Positions 53,186 through 64,000 of a stretch of DNA of 64,000 bases are shown here, piece after piece. The DNA is taken from the NCBI RefSeq assembly GCF_002113885.1, contig NW_018403610.1:76987-140986 (forward strand), in the 5' to 3' direction. Under the pieces are notes generated by a model. It was not told the DNA's origin. It made no database searches and saw only the letters and a program-made list of their open reading frames with translations. Made by a program: the position numbers and the translations under genes. Source of the stretch: Mizuhopecten yessoensis (taxonomy: Eukaryota). Position 1 is the stretch's first letter. Each line of letters opens with the position of its first letter.

Positions 53186-54187
53186 CAGTTGTGGGATCGC
53201 ACAACGTTACACGATGTGCGGTGTGCGCACGATGTGTGCACGGTGTGTGAACGATGTGTGCACGAAGTGCGAACGATAAGAAATTGGACGATCATTCCTT
53301 GCGCACATTTGTGCGGACGATCGACGAACGTTGGGCGATAACAATCGTGGTTGGTGTAAATTAAGGAATGGCTTGGCAATATATACGGTTTCGTGTTTAA
53401 ACATAAAATTATATTTTTAGTATATTTCTATACTCTAGCTACATCTATAAGCTTATCTTTCTGTCTATACTTTCTTAAATTTAGAAATGGTGTTTTGTGG
53501 GTTTTTTAAACGACTTTTATCGACACATGTACATTTACAACACAGTCTCGGCTACACAGGCAAACATTGCCACTAAATTTGTACCTGGACCGTAGTTTAC
53601 CCTGCCCGGGGCACTTACGTAACTCGCCAAGGTGTGAAAACCAGATGAAGGGGAGCTATAGACCAAAACGAATGCAAATAACAAATATTAAACGTCCAGT
53701 TGAGTTTTCATAATGGTCATACGGTATCATATATCAGCTCTATGTGTCAAGTACAGGCCAGGTAAAACTCCGGTCACTCAAATTATTATTTACCTGTGTT
53801 CTGTTACCGAGGAGCCAAACCCATTCTTGACAGTCTAACGGTCACTGTATACTGTATTATACGCATTGTAGATNTACCTGTGTTCTGTTACCGAGGAGCC
53901 AAACCCATTCTTGACAGTCTAACGGTCACTGTAAACTGAAATTACAGTGATATATACAGTGTACATTATTGCATACGAGCATTCCGTATTTTTTCCATTC
54001 CGTAATATTGATCAACAAATTGTACCATATCGCACAGATGTGCGGAATGAAGCGCACAGCGGGGCGAACGATTGTTAAATCGCGCAGTTGTGCGCACCAT
54101 GTGTGGACGATGGGCGGACGGTGTGTGAACGATGTATGAACGGAGTGCGCACGGTATTTTTTGGTGCGTTGTGCGTTCCCACAACTG
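53186..54187. mobile_element. Tc1/mariner-type non-autonomous element (MITE), ~1 kb, with TA target duplication
   Basis: TA|cagttgtgggatcgcacaacg ... cgttgtgcgttcccacaactg|TA: a 21-bp TIR with 1 mismatch, TA at 53184-53185 and 54188-54189. There are ~11-bp subterminal repeats at both ends. Confidence 0.85.
53791..53933. other. Assembly junction (N at 53874) with a 59-bp identical duplication on either side; likely artefact
   Basis: 53791-53849 equals 53875-53933, and the second copy starts immediately after the only N. Confidence 0.8.
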
Positions 54188-54229
54188 TAACTGTACTTCC
54201 TGTACGACGTGGCCTGTAATAGTGTATCC

Positions 54230-54490
54230 AGTCCATTGTAGGAACGTACGTAGTTTCCCCCGATACATGACAGATCGAAAGTGGACAGGTCCTTGTACGT
54301 GGTTGACAGCGGGATCCCAAAGTTAGAAATCAGGTCCAGATGACGTCTGACTAGATTCTTTGTACGTTGATATCCGTTAGAACAGCAAAGCTAAGTATTG
54401 TATTGTCAACACACGACGAATACATCCGAAACATCCTGATGCTTAAAACAGTTTTTGTATAAGCGGATAAGAAGTGGAAAGTAGGCATTT
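54230..54490 (-). mobile_element. Penelope-like RT C-terminal fragment, a diverged paralogue of 51007-51245
   Basis: Shares gtccattgtaggaac and ccaaagttagaaatcaggt with the 51-kb copy; translates as NGYQRTKNLVRRHLDLISNFGIPL. Confidence 0.6.
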
Positions 54491-54517
54491 AACTTGCAGC
54501 AAAACACCTTAATTAAT

Positions 54518-55135
54518 GTGTTGTCCTGATGACATTACCTCTGTAATACTGATATTAATCTGTTGCCTTGGTACCCGTCACGTGTTGTCCTGATGACCTT
54601 ACCTCTGTTGTCCTAATATTTATCTGTTTCCTTGGTCCCCGTATATATGTTGCCCTGATGACCTTACTTCTGTTATCCTGATATTAATCTTTTGCCTTGG
54701 TACCCGTACACGTGTTGTCCTGATGACCTTACGTCTGTTGTCCTGATATTAATCTTTTGCCTTGGTAGCCGTACACGTGTTGTCCTGATGACCTTACCTC
54801 TGTTGTCCTGATATTAATCTTTTGCCTTGGTACCCGTACACGTGTTGTCCTGATGACCTTACGTCTGTTGTCCTGATATTAATCTGTTGCCTTGGTACCC
54901 GTTCATATGTTGTCCTGATAACCTTACCTCTGTTGTCCTGATATTAATCTTTTGCCTTGGTACCCGTACACGTGTTGTCCTGATGACCTTACTTCTGTTA
55001 TCCTGATATTTATCTGTTTCCTTGGTAGCCGTACATATGTTGCCCTGATGACCTCACATCTGTTATCCTGACGTTTTGGACGTTTTATTTTGCCTTGGTA
55101 ACCGTACGTGTGTTTTTCGGATGAACTTACTTGTC
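54518..55135. repeat. 65-bp minisatellite (~9.5 copies) built from three related ~21-22-bp subunits
   Basis: Period 65 (54712, 54777). tgttgtcctgat occurs twice per monomer, plus t(g/t)ttgccttggta. Confidence 0.95.
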
Positions 55136-55996
55136 TAACTGCTATAAATAAACCATGTTTTATAACTATTATGCAACACGTTCTTTTAACTTATATTAGC
55201 CTCTTTTTAACTAAATAGAAGCTTACAATTGTAAATACTTATGGTTTTCTGTTTGTTGCCTTAGTGACCGTACATCTCTGGACTAGACGACATAAGTTCA
55301 GTTGTCACTATAAGCTAAACAATTGTGAATTGTTCTCTTTGTCGATGACACTATTTTTGATTTTGGTCGCCTGTGTAACTTAAAATATACATGTAACTCT
55401 GCGATCCTGTCGATGTCTGTATTCCAGGTTCTGTTAATATCTGGCTAGTCATTGTATTTTGATGCATAAGCTGCTCTCTTAATGTCTGAACATGTAAGTT
55501 CATTGCAGAATTTACATCGTACAAGTATTGCTAGCCGGAAACTGGGTTTGCGCACTCTTGTTATCGCCTTTCGTTCGAAAGCTTTACTTAACGAACTCGG
55601 TAATTTTATCACTAACGGTTGATCTTTTCTCCAATATGTTGTTCTTCCCAAGTTAATAGTTTCATAAAGGCTGAAACAGTTAATTACAAGAGGCGCCACA
55701 TCGGCAGATAGTAATGAGTCTGATTGAATGATAAAATATTTTCCGGTATTATTGTATTATTCTGTACTCAAAGTTAAGATGAACATATTGCTGTATCGAT
55801 GTGGATTGGAATAATCTAGAAAAAGTGTTCTCTTCGTAATACCTGGTGATTATTAAGTCTCGTTCCCTTGGATAATGTGCAAATGCAGTGTATTATAATA
55901 AAGTAAAATGTTCGCTGAACCAATAACTGGTATGTTCATTATCATAACCTCAATAGTAATGCTTATCCAGCAGTATGCTCTTATCATGTAAAGCTT

Positions 55997-58900
55997 TGAG
56001 GTATTGGTTTGTATGTACATTATAGTATAATCAGGTATAACGTACACTGAGGTATTGGTTTGTATGTACATTATAGTATAATCAGGTATAACGTACACTG
56101 AGGTATTGGTTTGTATGTAGGTTATAGTATAATCAGTTATAACGTACACTGAGGTATTGGTTTGTATGTAGGTTATAGTATAATAAGGTATAACGTACAC
56201 TGAGGTATTGGTTTGTATGTACATTATAGTATAATAAGGTATAACGTACACTGAGGTATTGGTTTGTATGTATGATATAGTATAATCAGGTTTAACGTAC
56301 ACTGAGGTATTGGTTTGTATGTATGATATAGTATAATCAGGTATAACGTACACTGAGGTATTGGTTAATATGTGCATTATAGTATAATCAAGTATAACGA
56401 ACACTGAGGTAATGGTTTGTATGTAGGTTATAGTATACTAAGGTATAACATACACTGAGGTATTGGTTTGTATGTATGATATAGTATAATAAGGTATAAC
56501 GTACACTGAGTTAATGGTTAATATGTACATTATAGTATAATCAAGTATAACGAACACTGAGGTATTGGTTTGTATGTATACATTATACATGTAGTATAAT
56601 CAGGTATAACGTACACTGAGGCATTGGTTTGTATGTAGGTTATAGTATAATAAGGTATAACATACACTGAGGTATTGGTTTGTATGTACGTTATAGTATA
56701 ATCAGGTATGACGTATACTGGGGTATTGGTTTATGTATACATTATACATGTAGTATAATCAGGTATAACGTACACTGAGGTATTGGTTTGTATGTACGTT
56801 ATAGTATAAGCAGTATAATGAACATTGAGGTACTAGTTAATATGTACATTATAGTATAATCAAGTATAACGAACACTGAGGTAATGGTTAATATGTACAT
56901 TATAGTATAATCAAGTATAACGTACACTGAGGTAATGGTTAATATGTACATTATAGTATAATCAGGTATAACGTACACTGAGGTATTAGTTTGTATGTAC
57001 GTTATAGTATAAGCAGTATAATGAACATTGATGTACTGGTTAATATGTACATTATAGTGTAATCAAGTATAACGAACACTGAGGTAATGGTAAATATGTA
57101 CATTATAGTATAATCAGGGATGACGTACACTGAGGGATTGGTTTGTATGTACGTTATAGTAGAATCAGGTATAACGAACACTGAGGTATACTGAGGTATT
57201 AGTTTGTATGTATGTTATAGTATAATCAGTTATAACGTACCCTGAGGTATTGGTTTGTATGTACGCTATAGTATAATCAGTTATAACGTACACTGAGGTA
57301 TTAGTTTGTATGTATGATATAGTATAATCAGGTAAAACGTACACTGAGGTATTGGTTTGGATGTAGGTTATAGTATAATCAGGTATAATGAACACTGAGG
57401 TATTAGTTTGTATGTATGATATAGTATAATCAGGGATAACGTACACTGAGGTATTGGTATGTATGTACGTTATTGTATAAACAGGTATAAAGTACACTGA
57501 GGTATTGGTTTGGATGTAGGTTATAGTATAATCAGGTATAATGAACACTGAGGTATTAGTTTGTATGTATGACATAATATAATCCGGTATAACGTACACT
57601 GAGGTATTGATTTGTATGTAGGTTATAGTATAATAAGGTATAACATACACTGAGGTATTGGTTTGTATGCATGATATATTATAATCCGGTATAACGTACA
57701 CTGAGGTCTTGGTTTGTATGTAGGTTATAGTATAATCAGTTATAACGTACCCTGAGGTATTGGTTTGTATGTACGTTGTAGTATAAGCAGTATAATGAAC
57801 ATTGATGTACTGGTTAATATGTACATTATAGTATAATCAAGTATAACGTACACTGAGGTAATGGTTAATAGGTACATTATAGTATAATCAGGTATAACGT
57901 TCGCTGAGGTATTGGTTTGTATGTATGACATAGTATAATCAGGTATAACGTAAACTGAGGTATTGGTTTGTATGTAAGTTAAAGTATAATCAGGTATAAC
58001 GTACACTATAGTATAATCAGTTATAACGTACCCTGAGGTATTGGTTTGTATGTACGTTATAGTATAATTAGGTATAACGATCACTGATGTATTGGTTTGT
58101 CTGTACGTTATAGTATAATCAGGTTTGACGTACACTGATGTATTGGTTTGTATGTACGTTATATTATAATCAGGTATAACGTACACTATAGTATAATCAG
58201 TTATAACGTACCCTGAGGTATTGGTTTGTATGTACGCTATAGTATAATCAGGTATAACGTTCGCTGAGGTATTGGTTTGTATGTACGTTGTAGTATAAGC
58301 AGTATAATGAACATTGATGTACTGGTTAATATGTACATTATAGTGTAATCAAGTATAACGAACACTGAGGTATTCGTTTGTAAGTATGATATAGTATAAT
58401 CAGGTAAAACGTACACTGAGGTATTGGTTTGCATGTATGGTATAGTATAATCCGGTATAACGTACACTTAGGTATTGGTTTGTATGTATGGTATAGTATA
58501 ATCCGGTATAACTTACACTGAGGTATTGGTTTGTATGTATGATCTAGTATAATCAGGGATAACGTACACTGAGGTATTGGCTTGTATGTACGTTATAGTA
58601 TAATCAGGTATAAAGTACACTGAGGTATTGGTTTGGATGTAGGTTATAGTATAATCAGGTATAACGGACACTGAGGTATTGGTTTGTATGATAATTAGGT
58701 ATAACGAACACTGAGGTATACTGAGGTATTAGTTTGTATGTATGATATAGTATAATCAGGGATAACGTTCACTGAGGGATTGGTTTGTATGTACGTTATA
58801 GTAGAATCAGGGATAACGAACACTGAGGTATTGGTTTGTATGATAATTAGGTATAACGAACACTGATGTATTGGTTTGTCTGTATAGTATAATCAGGTAT

Positions 58901-61150
58901 AACGTACACTATAGTATAATCAGTTATAACGAACACTGAGGTATTAGTTTGTATGTATGTTATAGTATAATCAGTTATAACGTACACTGAGGTATTAGTT
59001 TGTATGTACGTTATAGTATAAGTAGTATAATGAACATTGAGGTACTGGTTAATATCTACATTATAGTATAATCAAGTATAACGTACACTGAGGTAATGGT
59101 TAATAGGTACATTATAGTATAATCAGGTATAACGTTCGCTGAGGTATTGGTTTGTATGTACGTTATAGTAGAATCAGGGATAACGAACACTGAGGTATTG
59201 GTTTGTCTGTACGGTATAGTATAATCAGGTTTGACGTACACTGAGGTATTGGTTTGGATGTAGGTTATAGTATAATCAGGTATAACGTTCGCTGAGGTAT
59301 TGGTTTGTATGTACGCTATAGTATAATCAGGTATAACGTTCGCTGAGGTATTGGTTTGTATGTACGTTATAGTATAATTAGGTATAACGAACACTGATGT
59401 ATTGGTTTGTCTGTACGTTATAGTATAATCAGGTATAACGTACACTGAGGTATTGGTTTGTATGTACGTTATAGTATAATCAGGTATAACGTACACTGAG
59501 GTATTGGTTTGTATGTACGTTATAGTATAATCAGGTATAACGTACACTGAGGTATTGGTTTGTATGTACGTTATAGTATAATCAGGTATAACGTACACTG
59601 AGGTATTGGTTTGTATGTACGTTATAGTATAATCAGGTATAACGTACACTGAGGTATTGGTTTGTATGTACGTTATAGTATAATCAGGTATAACGTACAC
59701 TGAGGTATTGGTTTGTATGTACGTTATAGTATAATCAGGTATAACGTACACTGAGGTATTGGTTTGTATGTACGTTATAGTATAATCAGGTATAACGTAC
59801 ACTGAGGTATTGGTTTGTATGTACGTTATAGTATAATCAGGTATAACGTACACTGAGGTATTGGTTTGTATGTACGTTATAGTATAATCAGGTATAACGT
59901 ACACTGAGGTATTGGTTTGTATGTACGTTATAGTATAATCAGGTATAACGTACACTGAGGTATTGGTTTGTATGTACGTTATAGTATAATCAGGTATAAC
60001 GTACACTGAGGTATTGGTTTGTATGTACGTTATAGTATAATCAGGTATAACGTACACTGAGGTATTGGTTTGTATGTACGTTATAGTATAATCAGGTATA
60101 ACGTACACTGAGGTATTGGTTTGTATGTACGTTATAGTATAATCAGGTATAACGTACACTGAGGTATTGGTTTGTATGTACGTTATAGTATAATCAGGTA
60201 TAACGTACACTGAGGTATTGGTTTGTATGTACGTTATAGTATAATCAGGTATAACGTACACTGAGGTATTGGTTTGTATGTACGTTATAGTATAATCAGG
60301 TATAACGTACACTGAGGTATTGGTTTGTATGTACGTTATAGTATAATCAGGTATAACGTACACTGAGGTATTGGTTTGTATGTACGTTATAGTATAATCA
60401 GGTATAACGTACACTGAGGTATTGGTTTGTATGTACGTTATAGTATAATCAGGTATAACGTACACTGAGGTATTGGTTTGTATGTACGTTATAGTATAAT
60501 CAGGTATAACGTACACTGAGGTATTGGTTTGTATGTACGTTATAGTATAATCAGGTATAACGTACACTGAGGTATTGGTTTGTATGTACGTTATAGTATA
60601 ATCAGGTATAACGTACACTGAGGTATTGGTTTGTATGTACGTTATAGTATAATCAGGTATAACGTACACTGAGGTATTGGTTTGTATGTACGTTATAGTA
60701 TAATCAGGTATAACGTACACTGAGGTATTGGTTTGTATGTACGTTATAGTATAATCAGGTATAACGTACACTGAGGTATTGGTTTGTATGTACGTTATAG
60801 TATAATCAGGTATAACGTACACTGAGGTATTGGTTTGTATGTACGTTATAGTATAATCAGGTATAACGTACACTGAGGTATTGGTTTGTATGTACGTTAT
60901 AGTATAATCAGGTATAACGTACACTGAGGTATTGGTTTGTATGTACGTTATAGTATAATCAGGTATAACGTACACTGAGGTATTGGTTTGTATGTATGTT
61001 ATAGTATAATCAGGTATAACGTACACTGAGGTATTGGTTTGTATGTACGTTATAGTATAATCAGGTATAACGTACACTGAGGTATTGGTTTGTATGTATG
61101 ATATAGTATAATCAGGTATAACGTACACTGAGGTATTGGTTTGTATGTAG
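55997..61150. repeat. 51-bp minisatellite (tgaggtattggtttgtatgtacgttatagtataatcaggtataacgtacac), ~100 copies
   Basis: 17-aa periodicity of the minus-strand ORFs; identical copies from 59412 to 60996. Confidence 0.98.
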
Positions 61151-62547
61151 AATGTAATTATGCTGACGCGGTAAAGGTTTGACCTACATCCTCGCGGTTG
61201 TTAGATCTTTGTTGCAGGGGAGTACTGATGCGTTCGCCATGTCTTGAAGATTGAACAAATATGAATTATAAATAATACAGAGACTTGTTACGGTTTAGTA
61301 AATCAGATCAAAGCAGTTGATGATTTTAAATGAATATGTTTACGGCTCTCACCTTTTTACCACTCGTCTGTGACGTGTTGAACAACAATAGCTTACGATA
61401 CTATACAACGTAAGGTCTAGTGTACGAGACAAGTTACAACTCGGTCCTGTTATATAGTTACGGTCGTTGTAGTCCCGATACTTTCCCAAACAAATTGAAA
61501 TGTGAGATATATATATAACATGTAAACATATTTTCAGATATATGTGGACAGATAAAAAAAACTATAAAAATTAACAAAATTAATAAGTAATTCAAACACC
61601 CTTTGTAGTAGATATTTTCTTTCTTTAACAATTATCCATGCTTAGTGATGAAACTGACAACTGAATATGTATGAGTGACGTGTTCTGCAGTAGCTTCCGC
61701 TGATAACACAACAGTGCTCAGCTACATAACGTACTAAATATTTCAATAAAGATATGTATTGCATCATATGTAAACTGCCTCTGTTTTTATTACCGTTTCT
61801 ACTCCGTGATGACAAGTTTGAGATCGGCGTCCCCACACTTTGTCAGATCATTAGTGTAAAAGCACGTCTGTAGAGCCCATACAAATGTTTTGCTTGCTAT
61901 TGGAGTAATTTGTGTCGTTTCCCGATTGAAGACACCAGATAATTACTTAACATAGGAATAATTTGTAACAAATTAAAATCATACGTTTGCAATTAACGTT
62001 GAAAGGTTTCTAAGTGAAATACAAACAAGAGGGTGAGGAGCAAGCCTTGTCTAAACAAATGTTACCACACTAAACTGTGTTCTGATCGATACCTCCCATC
62101 TCCCCGACATCATTTCATCAGTCTTTTTGGTTTATGACCGCCTCGCTTTCCTCTGTCCGACATCCCCTGTTCCCCGTGTTACCACCGCTATATACTATAT
62201 AGCCTACCACTTGTCTGTTTTTGAAACAACAATTCCATTTCGCCGAGTTCGATTAGGAATTCTGTTTTCTCGGGGGGGTTCAGTATCAGTAGGTCTGGCA
62301 TATGGGTTAGCAGGTCTTTCACATTGCCTCAGCCCACGTTAACCTGAACGTGCATCAGTAACTATCCCTCCATCGTAACGCTGTACATCACCAGATAATC
62401 CCCTCGTGATGAACATAGCCACTGACGGGTCCTTCATTAATGCTGAGGTGTTCCCTCCAAACGTGTTGTGTTTTGTAAAGAGAACTTGCATGTTGTACCG
62501 AGCTATATATAGACATCATGTTGTTTCCAGTAATTGTTTATGTCACA

Positions 62548-62610
62548 AGTAACTGTTTATGTCTCCAATAACTGTTTATGTCTCCAATGACTGTTTATGT
62601 CTCCAATAAC
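62548..62610. repeat. 19-bp tandem repeat (taactgtttatgtctccaa), ~3-4 copies
   Basis: Direct inspection. Confidence 0.8.
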
Positions 62611-63197
62611 AGTGTTTGTCCCCAGTAATTGGGTATGTCCACAGTAGATGCTTTTGTCTCAGTTATTGTATTTGTCTCAAGTAATTTTATTTGTCTCTGT
62701 GTGCTAGTAATTAGGAGTAAACACTGCTTATCAATCTGAATAGCGTAAATACAACCGCGTGATATTGTTAGCTGAAGTTTCACTTATGAATTTAAACAAA
62801 TGCTTCCCCTTTATTTCATGAACACGAAATTCAATGCGTAGCTGAAGATTTAATAAAACTTATAAAAATGCAATCTACATATACATATTGTATTCATATT
62901 TAATGATTGTGAAATGTCAATTTGAAAGATAGCTTAGAGAGGTAGAAATAGACAATGGGTATATTGGTAAGTTATCTTACATTGTGTTTACACCCTGTCA
63001 CAGATAATCATAGGTACTAAGATATCTGCACAAATACCCGTGACGAAATATGTATAATAAACTATGCACAATATACATGTATGAATGAAGGCCATATGTA
63101 AATATATTCTATGCTGAATATGTCACTCATAAAAATGACGCGTTGTTATTTTTTTTTCGTCATTGTTATATGTTACAAGCAATCCCTGGGACGGTCC

Positions 63198-63279
63198 GCC
63201 CAGTGACGTATACAGTACCACTTTGGAGAACACTGGCCCAGTGACTTATACAGTACCACTTTGGAGAACACTGGCCCAG
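63198..63279. repeat. 38-bp tandem duplication
   Basis: gcccagtgac(g/t)tatacagtaccactttggagaacactg at 63198 and 63236. Confidence 0.9.
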
Positions 63280-63754
63280 TCTACTGAAACTGTAGACATA
63301 TATATTGGTTTAAAAGCGTATTTAGGGATAACAATATATCACATTTACTAGGCACAGGGGGTCAACGTCATAAGCCAAAATAGTCTGTGCCTCTTCATAT
63401 TGAATCATAACCATATTTACAGGCCTACTAATATGGGCTCATATCGTTTCCAGTAGAGCAGTTACAGTCGAGGTAAGGAATAATTGAAATGATCAATATA
63501 TGAAATGAATAAATAAATAAATAAGCAAAGGAATAGATAAAACGAAACATATTTCCAACAAAACATATAACAATGTGTCAATGGAAATATTAACATCAGT
63601 TGATGGGATAGTAACCTAAAAGACTTAACTACATGCATACACACAATGGGTTACACGCGTACGTGTTTACGCGTGAGTCTAAACACACACATAATTCACA
63701 CATCATTTCGATTTATTAACATTTTAAAACGACAAATCACTTTTGTGAGGTAGG

Positions 63755-64000
63755 TTGGTAAGGTAGAGTTTTTACATTAAGAGATGTTCTAATAGCTGCT
63801 GATTATGATGCTGGGTAAGGTAGAGTGCTGACATTTAGAGATGTTCTTATAGCCGTTGATTAGGATGGTGGGTGAGGTACAGTGCTGACATTTAGAAATG
63901 TTCTTATAGCCGTTGATTAGAATGGTGGGTAAGGTAAAGTGCTGATATTTAGAGATGTTCTTATAGCCGTTGATTAGGTTGGAGGGTAAGGTAGATTGCT
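63755..64000. repeat. 57-bp minisatellite running off the right edge
   Basis: gggtaaggtagagtgctgacatttagagatgttcttatagccgttgattaggatggt; starts at 63813 and 63870. Confidence 0.92.

Noticed and set aside
53791-53933. Biological 59-bp duplication
   Set aside because: It straddles the single N and is most simply explained as overlapping contig ends.
59056-61128. 690-aa ORF (YVIPDYTITYIQTNTSV repeats) as a gene
   Set aside because: It lies wholly within the 51-bp satellite, has no unique N- or C-terminus, and neighbouring monomers are broken by indels and stops.
1-64000. Almost every satellite monomer contains a 6-bp palindrome (GTATAC, TCTAGA, TGTACA, AGTACT, ACATGT, GGTACC)
   Set aside because: About one 6-bp palindrome per 64 nt is expected by chance, so this is unremarkable for 35-65-bp monomers.

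Overview
This is AT-rich animal genomic DNA, most likely a bivalve mollusc; that is inferred from the repeat families and is not proven. I can support no intact protein-coding gene, RNA gene or CRISPR array. About 24 kb (~37%) is roughly 17 unrelated minisatellite arrays with 25-65 bp monomers. Every long ORF in the track is a translation of one of these arrays. The spacers hold decayed mobile elements: several Penelope-like RT fragments, a 5'-truncated and internally deleted CR1/L2-type LINE, a TA-flanked Tc1/mariner-type MITE, and a Crypton-like (tyrosine-recombinase) remnant with long hairpins. Most interesting observation: two different long palindromes (39.65-39.81 kb, 42.17-42.29 kb) place CGAG opposite CGAG, giving tandem G.A mismatches. 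This suggests they act as folded single-stranded DNA sites, possibly for the adjacent Crypton-like recombinase (hypothesis). The arrays also record repeat-evolution events: inverted copies pivoting on self-complementary motifs, capture of flanking DNA, and one-sided homogenisation. Protein-family calls come from motif recognition by eye; no database was searched.
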